Part shown: positions 52,320 to 63,735 of the stretch, one piece after another | Layout: each line of letters starts with the position of its first letter | Position numbering within the stretch: position 1 is the first letter of the stretch | Assembly (NCBI GenBank): GCA_963818885.1 | Contig: CAWFTP010000001.1 | Location: forward strand, 122,486-186,485 | DNA: 64,000 nt | DNA from: an uncultured Pseudomonadota bacterium | Lineage (GTDB): Bacteria > Pseudomonadota > Alphaproteobacteria > Acetobacterales > Acetobacteraceae | Direction of reading: 5' to 3' | Translations under genes and position numbers: made by a program | Notes under the pieces: model-generated | What the model was told of the DNA's origin: nothing | Seen by the model: only the letters and a program-made list of their open reading frames with translations | The model's database searches: none

Positions 52320-54616
52320 TACCTCCGGCCCGCGTGGTGATGATGCCCCGCGCCATCCAGCGCGTCGCATGCGGCGAATGCGCTCAAGTTGAGAATGCCG
52401 CGGGCGGTGACGCTCGGACTCAGCACATGGATCGGCTTGCTCATGCCAAGCAGGACGGGTCCCACCGACAGCGCGTCGGCGGCCGATTTGAGCAGCGTAT
52501 AGGCGATGTTCGCGGCATCGAGCGTCGGCATCACCAGCAGATTGGCCGCCCCGGTCAATGTGCTGTCAGTGACTGCCTTGTTGCGGATTGCCGCGCTCAG
52601 CGCGCTTTCCGCGTTCATCTCGCCGTCGACTTCGAGCTGCGGTGCACGCTCGCGCAGCAAGGCGAGCGCGGCGCGCATCTTGCGCGGACTTGCCGCATCG
52701 CTCGCGCCGAAATTGGAGTGCGACAGCAGCGCGACCTTTGGCGTCATTCCGAATGCGGCGACGGCGTGTGCGGCGAGGCACGTCATCTCCGCGATCTGCT
52801 CGGGCGTCGGGTCGAGCACCATCTGGGTGTCACAGAGGAACAGCGTGCCGGTCTGCAGGATCAGGCACTCGAGCCCATAGACGCGGCTGGCGTCCGCGCG
52901 GCGAGGGATGATCGGCAGGATGTACTGGAACTGCCGCCACCAGCTCCCGACGCCGCCGCAGATCGCCGCGTCGGCATGCCCGGTGCGCAGCAGCATCGCC
53001 GCCGGCACCGACATACGGGTCGCCAGCGCGCGCTCGGCAACGTCGACCGGCACGCCACGCCGACCCGCGAGGCGCTGATATTCGGTGAGCAGGGGCGCAA
53101 ACAGCTCGTGATCCCGTCCCGGATCGAGCACCCGCGCCGCCCCGTCGAGATCCATCCGCAACCCCAGCGCGCGCACCTTGGCCTCGATCACCGCACGCGG
53201 GCCGAGCAGGATCGGGTGTCCGATCCGCTCGTCGATAAGGCTCTGCGCCGCCCGCAGGACGCGATCGTCCGTCCCCTCGGCGTAGACGATGCGCTGCATC
53301 ACCCGTCGCGCCGCCTCAAAGATCGGGCGCATGAGCTGGCCGGAGCGGAAGACGAACCGCTCCAGCTCCCGACGATAGGCTTCGAAATCCACGATCGGCC
53401 GGCGCGCGACGTCGGTCTCCATCGCGGCCCGCGCGACCGCCGGCGCCACTTCCAGGATCAGGCGCGGATCGAACGGCTTGGGGATGATGTACTCGGCGCC
53501 GAACATCGGCGCGGCACCGCCATAGGCGGCGGTGACGATTTCGCTCGCTTCCATCCGCGCGATGGAGGCGATCGCCTCCACCGCCGCGATCTTCATCGCC
53601 TCGTTGATGGTGGTCGCGAATACGTCGAGGGCGCCGCGGAAGATGAAGGGAAAGCAGAGGACGTTGTTGACCTGGTTCGGATAGTCGCTGCGCCCGGTGG
53701 CAACGATCGCGTCTGGCCGGGCCTTGTGCGCGACATCGGGGTTGATCTCCGGATCGGGGTTGGCAAGCGCGAGGATCAGCGGCTTCGAAGCAAGCGATCC
53801 CAGCCACTCCGGCCGGAGCACGTTGGGTGCCGACAGGCCGAGGAAGACATCCGCGCCGGGCAGCACCTCGCCGAGCGTCGTCCCCTCCGCCTCGCTGGCA
53901 TAGCGCGCCATGTTGGGCAGCATCCCGGCGCGGTCGGCGCGCACCACCCCGTTCACGTCTGTCAGGGTGACATTCTCGATCTGCAGCCCCATGGACACGA
54001 GCAAATCGACGCAGGCGAGCGCAGCTGCCCCGGCGCCCGAGGTGACAAGGCGCACATCCTCCAGCCGCTTGCCCTGGATCAGCAATCCATTGCGGATAGC
54101 CGCCGCCACGGTGATCGCGGTGCCGTGCTGGTCGTCATGAAACACCGGGATCTTCATGCGCGCGCGCAGCTCCGCCTCGATGGCGAAGCACTCAGGCGCC
54201 TTGATGTCCTCGAGGTTGATCGCTCCGAACGTTGGCTCGAGTGCCGCCACGACGTCGCAGAAGCGTGCCGGGTCGGCGGCGTCGACCTCGATGTCGAACA
54301 CGTCGATGCCGGCGAATTTCTTGAACAGGACCGCCTTGCCCTCCATCACCGGCTTGCCGGCGAGCGGGCCGATATTGCCGAGCCCCAGGACCGCGGTCCC
54401 ATTAGAGACGACGCCCACGAGGTTGCCGCGCACCGTGTAGTCGTGCGCGGACTCGGGCTTGGCGACGATCGCCTCGCAGGCGGCGGCGACGCCCGGGGAA
54501 TAGGCCAGCGCGAGATCGCGCTGCGTCGCCATGCGCTTGGTCGGCTGGATAGCGAGCTTTCCCGGGCGCGGCAGGCGGTGATACTCGAGCGCGGCGCGGC
54601 GGAAGTCCTCGTCCAT
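52319..54616 (-). CDS. maeB: NADP-dependent malic enzyme (malic enzyme plus PTA-like domain)
   Basis: 765 aa. [36 protein letters not shown]...[10 protein letters not shown]..., with a C-terminal phosphate acetyltransferase-like domain. Confidence 0.95.
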   Translation of the reverse strand: MDEDFRRAALEYHRLPRPGKLAIQPTKRMATQRDLALAYSPGVAAACEAIVAKPESAHDYTVRGNLVGVVSNGTAVLGLGNIGPLAGKPVMEGKAVLFKKFAGIDVFDIEVDAADPARFCDVVAALEPTFGAINLEDIKAPECFAIEAELRARMKIPVFHDDQHGTAITVAAAIRNGLLIQGKRLEDVRLVTSGAGAAALACVDLLVSMGLQIENVTLTDVNGVVRADRAGMLPNMARYASEAEGTTLGEVLPGADVFLGLSAPNVLRPEWLGSLASKPLILALANPDPEINPDVAHKARPDAIVATGRSDYPNQVNNVLCFPFIFRGALDVFATTINEAMKIAAVEAIASIARMEASEIVTAAYGGAAPMFGAEYIIPKPFDPRLILEVAPAVARAAMETDVARRPIVDFEAYRRELERFVFRSGQLMRPIFEAARRVMQRIVYAEGTDDRVLRAAQSLIDERIGHPILLGPRAVIEAKVRALGLRMDLDGAARVLDPGRDHELFAPLLTEYQRLAGRRGVPVDVAERALATRMSVPAAMLLRTGHADAAICGGVGSWWRQFQYILPIIPRRADASRVYGLECLILQTGTLFLCDTQMVLDPTPEQIAEMTCLAAHAVAAFGMTPKVALLSHSNFGASDAASPRKMRAALALLRERAPQLEVDGEMNAESALSAAIRNKAVTDSTLTGAANLLVMPTLDAANIAYTLLKSAADALSVGPVLLGMSKPIHVLSPSVTARGILNLSAFAACDALDGAGHHHHAGRR

Positions 54617-54640
54617 TGCGTTGGCCTCGTTCAGCGTCCG

Positions 54641-55318
54641 CTAGCTATAGCGTTCCTCGCGCCAGGGGTCGCCATTATCGTGATAGCCGCGCTGCTCCCA
54701 GAAGCCGGCACGATGTGCGATCAGGATCTCCACTCGGCGCACCCATTTGGCGGACTTCCAGAAGTAGAGGTGCGGGATGACGACGCGCAGCGGCCCGCCA
54801 TGCTCGCGCGCGAGAGGCGTGCCATCCCACGTGTCGGCCAGCAGCACGTCCGGCTGATCGAACTGATCGAGCCGCACATTCGTCGTGTAGCCGTCATGGG
54901 AATGGAACACGACGTGGCGGGCCTCCTCCTTCGGCTCGACCATCGCGAGCAGTGCCCGCGCGGCGACGCCTTCCCAGCGATTGTCGTAGCGCGACCACTG
55001 GGTGACGCAGTGGATGTCGGAGATGCGCTCGACCCGCGGCAGCGCCTTGAAAGCGTCCCAAGCCAGGCTGAGCGGGCGGCGCACCGCCCCGTCCACATCG
55101 AGGCGGAACTTGCGCGGCGACACATCGGGCTGCTGGCCGAGATCGAGCACCGGCCAACCCCGCGCCAGCGTCTGCCCCGGCGGCAGGCACTCCCGCGCCG
55201 GATCGGCGGCGGCCCCAGTCAAAAGCCGTCCCTCCAGCGCCCATCGCTCCTTGGTCGCGACGAGCTTGTCGTGCCGCGCGCCCAACTTCGAGTCTTCAGG
55301 ATCGGTAGGGTCGGTCAT
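54641..55318 (-). CDS. Sulfite-oxidase-like molybdopterin-dependent oxidoreductase
   Basis: From the ATG at 55318: ISDIHCVTQWSRYDNRWEGV...REHGGPLRVVIPHLYFWKSAKWV is the Oxidored_molyb domain pattern. Confidence 0.85.
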   Translation of the reverse strand: MTDPTDPEDSKLGARHDKLVATKERWALEGRLLTGAAADPARECLPPGQTLARGWPVLDLGQQPDVSPRKFRLDVDGAVRRPLSLAWDAFKALPRVERISDIHCVTQWSRYDNRWEGVAARALLAMVEPKEEARHVVFHSHDGYTTNVRLDQFDQPDVLLADTWDGTPLAREHGGPLRVVIPHLYFWKSAKWVRRVEILIAHRAGFWEQRGYHDNGDPWREERYS

Positions 55319-55332
55319 CGTGCACAACTTCC

Positions 55333-55361
55333 CCTCTCCACCCGCGTAGCGGAGGGAGAGG
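55333..55361. repeat. REP-like imperfect palindrome (cctctcc...ggagagg)
   Basis: cctctcc-acccgcgtagcggag-ggagagg shares the CCTCTCC/GGAGAGG arms with the elements at 34664, 62469 and 63625. Confidence 0.4.
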
Positions 55362-55426
55362 ACGGGTGAGGGGGCGGGCGGGCGGATACTTGCCGCGAAG
55401 CTGCCTTGTCGGCAACGGCCGGCCAA

Positions 55427-57000
55427 ATGTATACGTCCGACACCATTGGTTCTCTCTCCGGGGGCGTGAATTGGCGGCCGGGCGTGGCGTTCTCGCTTTC
55501 TTTCGGCGTGCCGCGCGGCACGCGCGGAACTCCCCGCTCCTGGCCTGATCTGTTCTGGAAGAACGTCAAATACGCGATTGCGTCCCGACGCCCGGAGTAT
55601 TGGGACGAACTCGGTCGCCGTTTGGCCGCGCCCGGGCGTTATGGCGAGGCACTGGCATGCTATGATCGTGCGCTCGCGATCAGGGACGACATTCCGCGGG
55701 TATGGGCCAATCGTGGTATGGCGCTGCGAAATCTCGGCCGCCTGAACGAGGCCGAGATAAGTTTACGCGAGGCACTGCGCCTGAAGCCGGACTCTGCCGA
55801 CGTGCACTGCGAACTCGGACTTGTGCTCGACTATCTCGGGCGCTTCGAGGAGGCCGAGGCAAGCCAACGCACGGCGTTGCGCCTTCAACCGGAGGATGCG
55901 CTCGCTCATTTCAGGCTGGGGAGGATCCTCTGCCGGCTCGGGCGGGCGACCGAGGCCCAGGCGAGCTTTCGCATGGTACCGCGCGGCCGACCTGAGATTC
56001 TCGAATGGCGCTGGGGTCTTGGCCTCGCGCTTCTGATGGCCGGGCAGATGGAGGAAGGCTGGAAGGAGTTTGAGTGGCGCTGGCAGACGGAACACATGGT
56101 CCCTCCGCTCTCGGTGCCCTCCTGGAACGGTGAGGCGATTGGGGATCGTGTCATTCTACTGTTCGCCGATCAGGGTCTTGGGGACGCACTGCAGTTCTGC
56201 CGCTATGTCCCGCAGGTCACCGCCTGTGCCAAGAGGACCATCCTCGCGGTGCAGCCACCTCTGATAAGGCTGCTTTCCCGGCTCCCCGGCGTAACTGAAG
56301 TCAACGCTCAGCGCGACCGACCACCTTCTATCGATCTGTGGTGCGCATTCATGAGCCTGCCGCATGCCGTCGGCCCGACGCTGGAAAGCATTCCGAGGAC
56401 GCCGTATCTCACGGCAGACCCCACGGACGCCACTCGCTGGCGCGAGCGGCTCGCCAGTCTGGTCGGCCTGCGGGTTGGCCTCTGCTGGGCCGGCGGGCAA
56501 ACGCATAGCGTGGGCAAGATTGCAGAGAATCGTCGCCGCTCGATCGCTCTCGGCATGTTGGCGCCGCTTGGCGAGGTATCGGGGTCCGGTTTATCTCGTT
56601 GCAAAAGGGCCCACTGGCGACCGAGGCAGCTCGCCTACCGCCAAGCCTGGACCTACACGATTTCACCGAGGACCTGCATGATTTCGCCGATACAGCGGCT
56701 CTCATCGAGAACCTCGATCTCGTGATCAGCGTCGACACCTCGGTCGCACACCTCGCCGGTGCGCTCGACAAGCCCGTTTGGGTGCTGAACCGCTTCGACA
56801 CCGACTGGCGCTGGCCCCGAGATCGCGACGACAGTCCCTGGTACCCGTCGGCGCGCCAGTTTCGCCAACCCGCTCCCGGCGATTGGACGACCGTGATCAG
56901 CGGCGCACGAGGCGCCCTGCAGCGACTCGCCGCGGGCGACCGTAGTCAATTGCGGCCGCCGTCATGGGTAAGCGTCGGCGCGGGCCAACAGGATAAATAG
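55427..57000 (+). pseudogene. TPR-repeat / glycosyltransferase family 9-like protein, copy 1 (frame broken at the G run 56581-56584)
   Basis: TPR repeats (YGEALACYDRALAIRDD..., NEAEISLREALRLKPD...), then a GT9-like C-terminal half (..GLGDALQFCRYVP...LVISVDTSVAHLAGALDKPVWVL). The last part lies in ORF 56599..57000. The run is G4 here and G5 in copy 2. The start is uncertain. Confidence 0.7.
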
Positions 57001-57007
57001 ATCCAAC

Positions 57008-58602
57008 ATGATGACCGGGAGTACTGCGCTTGGGTTCCTTTGGCGTGCCGCCCGGCACGCGCGGACTCCACGATCCGTGCCCCCCCTGCTTTGGAAGAAC
57101 GTCACGCTGTTCCGCAGAAGTGTCCAACGTGCGTTGGCGGTCAGACGGCCCGGGCACTGGAACGAACTCGGTCACCGTTTGGCCGCGCGTGGGCGCTACG
57201 AGGAGGCGCTGGCATGTTATGATCAGGCGCTCGCCATCAAAGGCGATATGCCGCGGGGATTGACCAACCGCGGCACGGCGTTGCGACATCTTGACCGCCT
57301 GGACGAGGCCGAGATCAGCCTGCGCGAAGCATTGCGGTTGAAGCCGGACCTGGCCTCCGCACACCACGAACTCGGGAACTACTCGACGACCTCGGACGCT
57401 TCGAGGAAGCCGAAACAAGCGCGCGCGCGGCGTTGCGCCTCCGACCCGAGAATGCATTCGCTCATGCCGGACTCGGGCACATACTCTATCATCTCGGCCG
57501 GGCCACTGAATCCCAGGCGAGCTATCGCACGGCACTGGCCCGTCAACCGAGCAGTCCCGAATGGCACGTGGGACTCGGCCTTGCCCTCTTGATGGCCGAG
57601 GAGTTGGAGGAAGGTTGGAAGGAATTCGAATGGCGCTGGCAATCGGAACACTCGCGCCGCCGCGGATGGTCGGTGCCGTCTTGGAACGGCGAGGCAATCG
57701 GGGATCGCGCTATTCTCCTGGCATCCGATCAGGGCCAGGGAGACGCGCTGCAGTTCTGCCGTTACATCCCGCAGATCGCCGCGGGTGCGGGCACGACCAT
57801 CCTCACTGTTCAACCGCCCCTGATAAGGCTGTTTTCCCGGCTCCCCGGCGTCAGTGAGGTCATTCCTCAGCGTCGGCCATCGTCCGATGATCTGTGGTGC
57901 GCGTTCATGAGCCTGCCGCATGCCGTCGGCCCGACGCTGGAAAGCATTCCGACGACGCCGTATCTCATGGCAGACCCCACAGACGCCGCTCGCTGGCGCG
58001 AGCGGCTCGCCAGTCTGGTCGGCCTGCGGGTTGGCCTCTGCTGGGCCGGCGGGCGATCGCCCTTCCTGACCAAGATCAACGCCGATCGTCGCCGCTCGAT
58101 CGCTCTCGGCATGTTGGCGCCGCTTGGGGAGGTATCGGGGGTCCGGTTTATCTCGTTGCAAAAGGGCCCACTGGCGACCGAGGCAGCTCGCCTACCGCCA
58201 AGCCTGGACCTACACGATTTCACCGAGGACCTGCATGATTTCGCCGATACAGCGGCTCTCATCGAGAACCTCGATCTCGTGATCAGCGTCGACACCTCGG
58301 TCGCACACCTCGCCGGTGCGCTCGACAAGCCCGTTTGGGTGCTGAACCGCTTCGACACCGACTGGCGCTGGCCCCGTGATCGCGACGACAGTCCCTGGTA
58401 TCCGTCGGCGCGCCAGTTTCGCCAACCCGCTCCCGGGGAGTGGGCGCCCGTGATCAGGGGGGCGCGCGACGCCTTGCAGCAACTCGCCGCGGGCGATCGT
58501 AATCAATTCTCAGCGTCGCGATCGCCAACACCCCAACCGGCTAATCCTCCGCGACGCGCCGGATCAGCACCTCGCGCTTGCCGACATGGTTGGCGGGGCT
58601 GA
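57008..58602 (+). pseudogene. TPR-repeat / glycosyltransferase family 9-like protein, copy 2 (frame broken near 57374-57376)
   Basis: Same architecture as copy 1. ORF 57008..57592 reads correctly up to ..LASAHHELG. The protein then continues ([29 protein letters not shown]...) in the frame of ORF 57433..58602. Confidence 0.7.
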
Positions 58603-60920
58603 CGACGCCCTCCTTCTCCATCTGCTCGACTAGCTTGGCGGCGCGATTATAGCCGATGTTAAGATGCCGCTGGACGAATGACGTGCTCGCCTTGCCCTCG
58701 CGCGCGACCACCGCGACCGCCTGCTCGTAGAGGCCGCGCTCGCCGCCGTCGGTGCCGAGGCCCGGCAGCAGCATGCCGCCGTCCTCGTCCTCCGGCTCGG
58801 TGACGGAGTCCACATAAGCGGGCTCGCCCTGCTCGCGCAGGAAGCTCACGACCAACTCCACCTCCTGGTCGGACACGAAGGGACCGTGGACGCGGGTGAT
58901 GCGTCCGCCGCCCGCCATGTAGAGCATATCGCCCTGGCCCAGCAGCTGCTCGGCGCCCTGCTCGCCCAGGATGGTGCGGCTGTCGAATTTGCTGATCACC
59001 TGGAAGCTGATCCGGGTCGGGAAGTTTGCCTTGATCGTGCCGGTGATCACGTCGACCGACGGGCGCTGCGTCGCCATGATGACGTGGATGCCAGCCGCGC
59101 GCGCCATCTGCGCGAGGCGCTGGACGGTGATCTCAATCTCCTTGCCGGCGACCATCATCAGATCCGCCATCTCGTCCACCACGACGACGATCAGCGGGAT
59201 CGGCTCCAGCGCGAGCGGCTGCTCCTCGAAGGTCGGCCGGCCAGTGTCGGGATCAAACCCGGTCTGCACCCGGCGCGTCACCACCTCGCCCTTCGCCCGC
59301 GCTTCCGCGACGCGGTCGTTGTAGCCGCCGATGTTGCGCACGCCGAGCTGACTCATCGCGCGGTAGCGGCGCTCCATCTCGCGCACCGTCCATTTCAACG
59401 CCGTCACCGCCTTGGCGGGCTCCGTCACCACCGGCGCCATCAGATGCGGAATGCCCTCGTAGGTCGACAACTCCAGCATCTTCGGATCGATCAGGATCAG
59501 CCGACACTGATCAGGCGAGAGCCTGTAGAGCAGGCTCAGGATCATCGCGTTGACGCCGACCGACTTGCCGGAGCCCGTGGTGCCCGCGATCATCAAATGC
59601 GGCATGCGTTGCAGATCGGCCATGACCGGCGCGCCACTGATATCCTTGCCCAAAGCGAGCCCCAACCGTCCGGTGTGGCGCTGCACGTCCTCGGCCGAGA
59701 GCAGCTCCGACAGATAGACGGTCTCGCGCTTGGCGTTCGGCACCTCGATCCCGATCACGTTGCGCCCCGGCACGGTCGCGATGCGCACCGCGGTGACCGA
59801 CAGGCTGCGCGCCACGTCATCGGCGAGCCCGATCACGCGGGCGCTGCGGATCCCGGGCGCTGGCTCCAGCTCATAGAGCGTCACGACAGGCCCAGGGCGG
59901 ATCTCCACGATCGTGCCCTGCACGCCGTAGTCGGACAACACGCCCTCCAGCAGCCGCGCGTTCGCCTCAAGCGCGTCCCGTGAGGGTCCGGTGGAGGCGC
60001 GCGCCGGCGCGGCCTTCAGCAGCGACAGCGGCGGAAAGCGCCAGCCCGGCTCGCTCAGCGGCAGGCTCTGCTGCTGCTGCTTCGCCGCCGGGCGCGGCGG
60101 CGCGCTACGGGTGATCACGCGCATGATCGGCGCCGCGGACGCGGCGGGGCGGTCACCTGCATCTTCCGGCACCGGCGGCACGCCCCGCCACGGCGCCTCC
60201 GCCTCGGCGACCGGCTTGCGGCGCCGGAACACCAGCAGCCGCGCCGCCGGACGGGCGAGCAGCGCTGCGCTCCACCCGGTCGAAACCGAGAATCGGGCAA
60301 CCGCGCCGACGGCGCGCGTCGCCGCGCGCCACTCCCCGCCGGTCAGCCCGCAGGCCAGCAGGGCAAGCGTCAGTGCTAGCGCCCACAGGATCGCGCCCAT
60401 CAGGATCGCGCCGAGCGGACCCAGCACGCCGCGTCCCGCCGTCAGCATCGTATGGGCGAGCAGCCAGCCGATCGCCCCGCCCAGCCCGGCCGCGACCGGC
60501 CAGGCGGCGGCAATGGCGATCGGCAAGCAGCGCGAGCGCGGCGGCGAGCACCGGCAGCCCGAGCAGGATGGCGAGCAGCCGCGCCACGCGGCTGCCGATC
60601 CCGCGCCGGGACGCCAGACGCCAGGCGAGGCACAGCATCGCCGCGCCCGGCAGATAGCCCGCGAGTCCGAAGCCCTGCAGCAGCAGATCGGCGAGGCTCG
60701 CGCCCACGGGACCCGCGAGGTTCTGCGCCCGAACCGCCGAGGCGGTGTCGAGCGATGGGTCTCCCGGATTGTAGCTCGCGAGCGCGACCAGCAGCACGAG
60801 TCCGCCAAGGCCCAGGGCAAGCCCGGCCAGCTCCGCCGCCCGGCGCTGCGCCAGCGCCCGGATCGCCGGGGAGACGAAATGGCGGTCAACCAGGGCGGAA
60901 TTGCGGGCGGCGACAGCCAT
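58541..60920 (-). pseudogene. ftsK: DNA translocase FtsK, frame broken in the N-terminal membrane domain (about 60500-60545)
   Basis: C-terminal motor (HLMIAGTTGSGKSVGVN...VVVVDEMADLM...ATQRPSVDVITG) and a gamma domain. The true N-terminus MAVAARNSALVDRHF...LGLPVLAAALALL is in ORF 60153..61010 and joins PIAIAAAWPVAAGLGG... of ORF 58541..60889. Confidence 0.9.
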
Positions 60921-60966
60921 GCGAACTCGGAACCTCGGCGCGATGATGAGTGGGCAGCGGAGCATC

Positions 60967-61175
60967 CTAGCCGCGCGGAAGCGGGCTCGCCAGCAAACCC
61001 GCGCCCTCAAGCTCGGCGATCAGCGGTTCCAGGTCGCACTGGTATTTCCGCCACCGCCCGATCCGCTCGGCATTGACCGGGCGGCGCACTGGGCGCGGCT
61101 CGCGGTACAGGCATCGAGCCGCCGGGCGTCCACGGCGACGGCGGGTGCGAATTCCAGTTGGTCACGCGTCGCCTG
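60967..61175 (-). pseudogene. 3'-terminal remnant of a sulfotransferase-family gene
   Basis: My minus-strand translation gives ...DQATRDQLEFAPAVAVDARRLDACTASRAQ / (frame shift) VRRPVNAERIGRWRKYQCDLEPLIAELEGAGLLASPLPRG*. The TAS..QVR.P......GRWRKY tail is typical of Sulfotransfer_3 C-termini. There is no upstream catalytic part. Confidence 0.4.
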
Positions 61176-61322
61176 ATCAGTTATGTAGCACACTGACACC
61201 GCTTTATCATCGGGCGTCCGTCACGTACGCCTGGGACCCGGCCACGCCCTTGGACACGGTCATGGAGACGCCAGGCAATGCGCCGGCAAGCACCGCCGCA
61301 GATAAACGGGGACGGTCCCGTG

Positions 61323-62439
61323 ATGGATATTGTCGGTGCTATTTATGACACCGTGCTGGATCGAACAATTTGGCCAGACGTATTGAGAAGATTGTCGATT
61401 TTCATCAAGGGTGCCGCATCGACGGTTTTCTGGGAAGACCCGACGACGCTTCAAGGCGGCGTATATTTTCAGGATGGCGGAATCTCTCCCTACTATACAA
61501 GTCTTTATTTCAGCAAGTATATCCAATGGAGTCCAGATAACGATCCCGCGCTTCTTCTCGGATGTGGATGAGCCCCTCGCGACCGCCGACCTTGTGCCGT
61601 ACGAGGAATTCCTGCGAACGCGGTTCTACCGCGAGTGGGCGCGGCCACAGGACCTGGTCGATTTCGTCAGCATCAATCTGGAAAGGACCGCTACTAAGGC
61701 CGCCACGTTCGGCGTCTTCCGCCACGCCCGCGACGGGCTCGTCGACGAGGCCGCGCGCCACCGGATGCGGCTGCTCGCGCCGCATCTCCGGCGGGCCGTG
61801 CTGATTTCCAAGGTGATAGACTTCAAGCAGGACGAAGCGGGATTGCTCGCCCGGACGCTCGATGGGCTGCGCGCGGCGGTGATCCTGGTCGATGCCGGCG
61901 GGCGCATCGTTCACGCCAACACCGCCGGCCGTGCGCTCCTGCTGGAGGGTCATGTGGTGCGGTCCGTGAACGGCTCGCTTGCCGCGCCCGACCATCAGGC
62001 ACACGCGCGCCTTCGCGGCGTTTTCCTCGCCGCCGCCGAAGGCGATGAAGCGATCGGCAGGAGGGGGATCGGGTTGCCCTTGCTGGGGAAGGACGGCGAG
62101 CGCTATGTCGCGCACGCGCTGCCCTTGACGTCGCGCGCGTATCGGGAGGCGGGGCCGATCCGCGCCGCTTCCGCCGCGATCTTCATCCACAAGGCGAGCC
62201 TGGAAGCCCGGTCGCCGCCGGTCGCCATCGCCGAGGCGTATGGGCTGACGATGGCCGAGCTGCGCGTGCTGTTCGCCATCGTCGAAATCGGCGGCGTGCC
62301 GGAGGTCGCCGATGCGCTCGGAATCGCGGTCTCGACGGTCAGGACCCATCTCGGCCGGGTTTATGATAAGACCACCGCTGCCCGTCAGGCCGACCTCGTC
62401 AAGCTCGTCGCCGGCTTCTCCAGCTTCCTGATCTCCTGA
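61323..62439 (+). pseudogene. LuxR-family transcriptional regulator (N-terminal sensor-like domain plus C-terminal HTH), frame broken near 61520-61560
   Basis: MDIVGAIYDTVLDRTIWPDVLRRLS... (ORF 61278..61571) continues as ...FFSDVDEPLATADLVPYEEFLRTRFYREW... in ORF 61411..62439. It ends with a LuxR HTH (LTMAELRVLFAIVEIGGVPEVADALGIAVSTVRTHLGRVYDKT). Confidence 0.75.
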
Positions 62440-62468
62440 GCCGCCGCCGACACCCCCACCTCTCCCAG

Positions 62469-62497
62469 CCTCTCCGTTCCCGAAGAGGGCGGAGAGG
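62469..62497. repeat. REP-like palindrome downstream of the LuxR gene
   Basis: cctctccg-ttcccgaagaggg-cggagagg: 8-bp arms with a 13-nt loop. Confidence 0.45.
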
Positions 62498-62733
62498 AGC
62501 TACTTATACCCGCCATAATTCCTGACTCTGCGGAAGGAGGGGGATTTCTTTTTGCCCGCATCGGTCGAGCAGTTTTGCTTCACAGCAGACATGGGTTGGC
62601 GTCCGCGCGCGATATACAGCCCGCCACGGTTGATATGGTCACCGCGCGGGATTTCCGCTGCCGACCCCAACCCCGGATGTTGGGGCGACCTCCATGTCGC
62701 TCGACGTAATCCAGGGCATCGAGACCGCAGTGC

Positions 62734-63570
62734 TTAACCCTGCGGACAGAGCGTGAAGCTGATATCGGTCCCGAAGGAGAACGCCGTCAGCGCAAAGGTG
62801 CGGTGCTGCGGGTCGCTCTGTTGCTGGAGAGTGGCGGCGGACTGGATCAGTCCATCGATCAGCTGCGCGAACTGCGGGGCAATCTCATTCTCGACAATGT
62901 CGCTCATGAACGCCTGCGATAGCTTTTGCCCGAAATCGGTGCAGCCGGCGAGGTCCTGCAACCACGTCCAAGTTATGTGCACGTTAGTGTACGGCTGCAC
63001 GGCGACCGACGACCCGTCAGCCGCCATCGCGATGCCGAGCTGGATGGCGATGTCCATGGTCGCATCGAACCAGTCGGGAACGTGCAGATCCAGCGGGATG
63101 GCGATGTTAGCGTAGCCGTCGAACGGAGTGACCGTGACGCCGCCGCCGCCCAGCGTGTACGAACTGCTCCCCGAGAACCGGTTGATGAGCTGCTGCTGCA
63201 GGGGCACGGTCACGAGGTTCGCCGGCGGCGTCAACGTCTGGCACCCCGATTGGTCGAGCGTGAGCGTCAGTGCCTTCAGGACGACCGACGCCAGTGGGCT
63301 GGTTGCGACCAGCTGGACTTCTGTCTGGGTCACCACAGTGATGGCGAGGGTACCGGAGGTGTCGACCTTCTGGCCGTTGACAATGATCGAGACCGGAAAA
63401 TTGAGTTTGGGCGGCACTGCTACCTGCCATGACAGGGTGATGGTGCCAAACGGCGTGACCGTGGTCGGGCTGGCCGCGAAGCTCACGACCTTAATCGTCT
63501 CTAGGAGTTGGTGTTGCAGCTTGGCTTCTATGTTGCCGTTGCCACCGCCACCATTCGGTCTGCGCGCCAT
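62734..63570 (-). CDS. Hypothetical beta-rich protein, no recognisable family
   Basis: 278 aa from the ATG at 63570, with a strong SD (aaggaga) 7 nt upstream. It has a Gly-rich N-terminus, then a T/V/Q/S-rich sequence poor in charged residues (VVSFAASPTTVTPFGTITLSWQV...). No signal peptide or TM segment is seen. GC looks visibly lower than in the neighbours. Confidence 0.7.
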   Translation of the reverse strand: MARRPNGGGGNGNIEAKLQHQLLETIKVVSFAASPTTVTPFGTITLSWQVAVPPKLNFPVSIIVNGQKVDTSGTLAITVVTQTEVQLVATSPLASVVLKALTLTLDQSGCQTLTPPANLVTVPLQQQLINRFSGSSSYTLGGGGVTVTPFDGYANIAIPLDLHVPDWFDATMDIAIQLGIAMAADGSSVAVQPYTNVHITWTWLQDLAGCTDFGQKLSQAFMSDIVENEIAPQFAQLIDGLIQSAATLQQQSDPQHRTFALTAFSFGTDISFTLCPQG

Positions 63571-63624
63571 AGCACTGTCTCCTTGCTGGCTGGAAAGACC
63601 GTACCACAAATGGGAGAGCTTATA

Positions 63625-63656
63625 TTACCCCTCCGCCCCTGGGGGCGGAGGGGTAA
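63625..63656. terminator. Perfect 15-bp palindrome between the PEP-CTERM gene and the hypothetical gene (likely terminator or REP)
   Basis: ttacccctccgcccc-tg-ggggcggaggggtaa. On the minus strand it lies about 80 nt after the PEP-CTERM gene stop and is followed by an AT-rich taatataag. Confidence 0.55.
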
Positions 63657-63735
63657 GGGGAGGTGGGGGAAGCACGAACGTCGGGTGCGTGGCGCGGGGC
63701 CGACGCGGCGAGGTGCCGTGCTGGGCGCGGCCGGG

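Noticed and set aside
52235-55369. 1044-aa ORF on the plus strand
   Set aside because: It is antisense to maeB and the molybdopterin oxidoreductase. It has no recognisable motifs and an Arg/Gly/Asp-rich composition, so it is a high-GC artefact.
56581-58141. Phase variation as the primary explanation for the G-run frame breaks in the TPR-GT9 genes
   Set aside because: The tracts are only 3-5 nt, far shorter than known contingency tracts, and similar breaks hit essential genes elsewhere in the window. I keep it only as a low-probability alternative within the corresponding finding.
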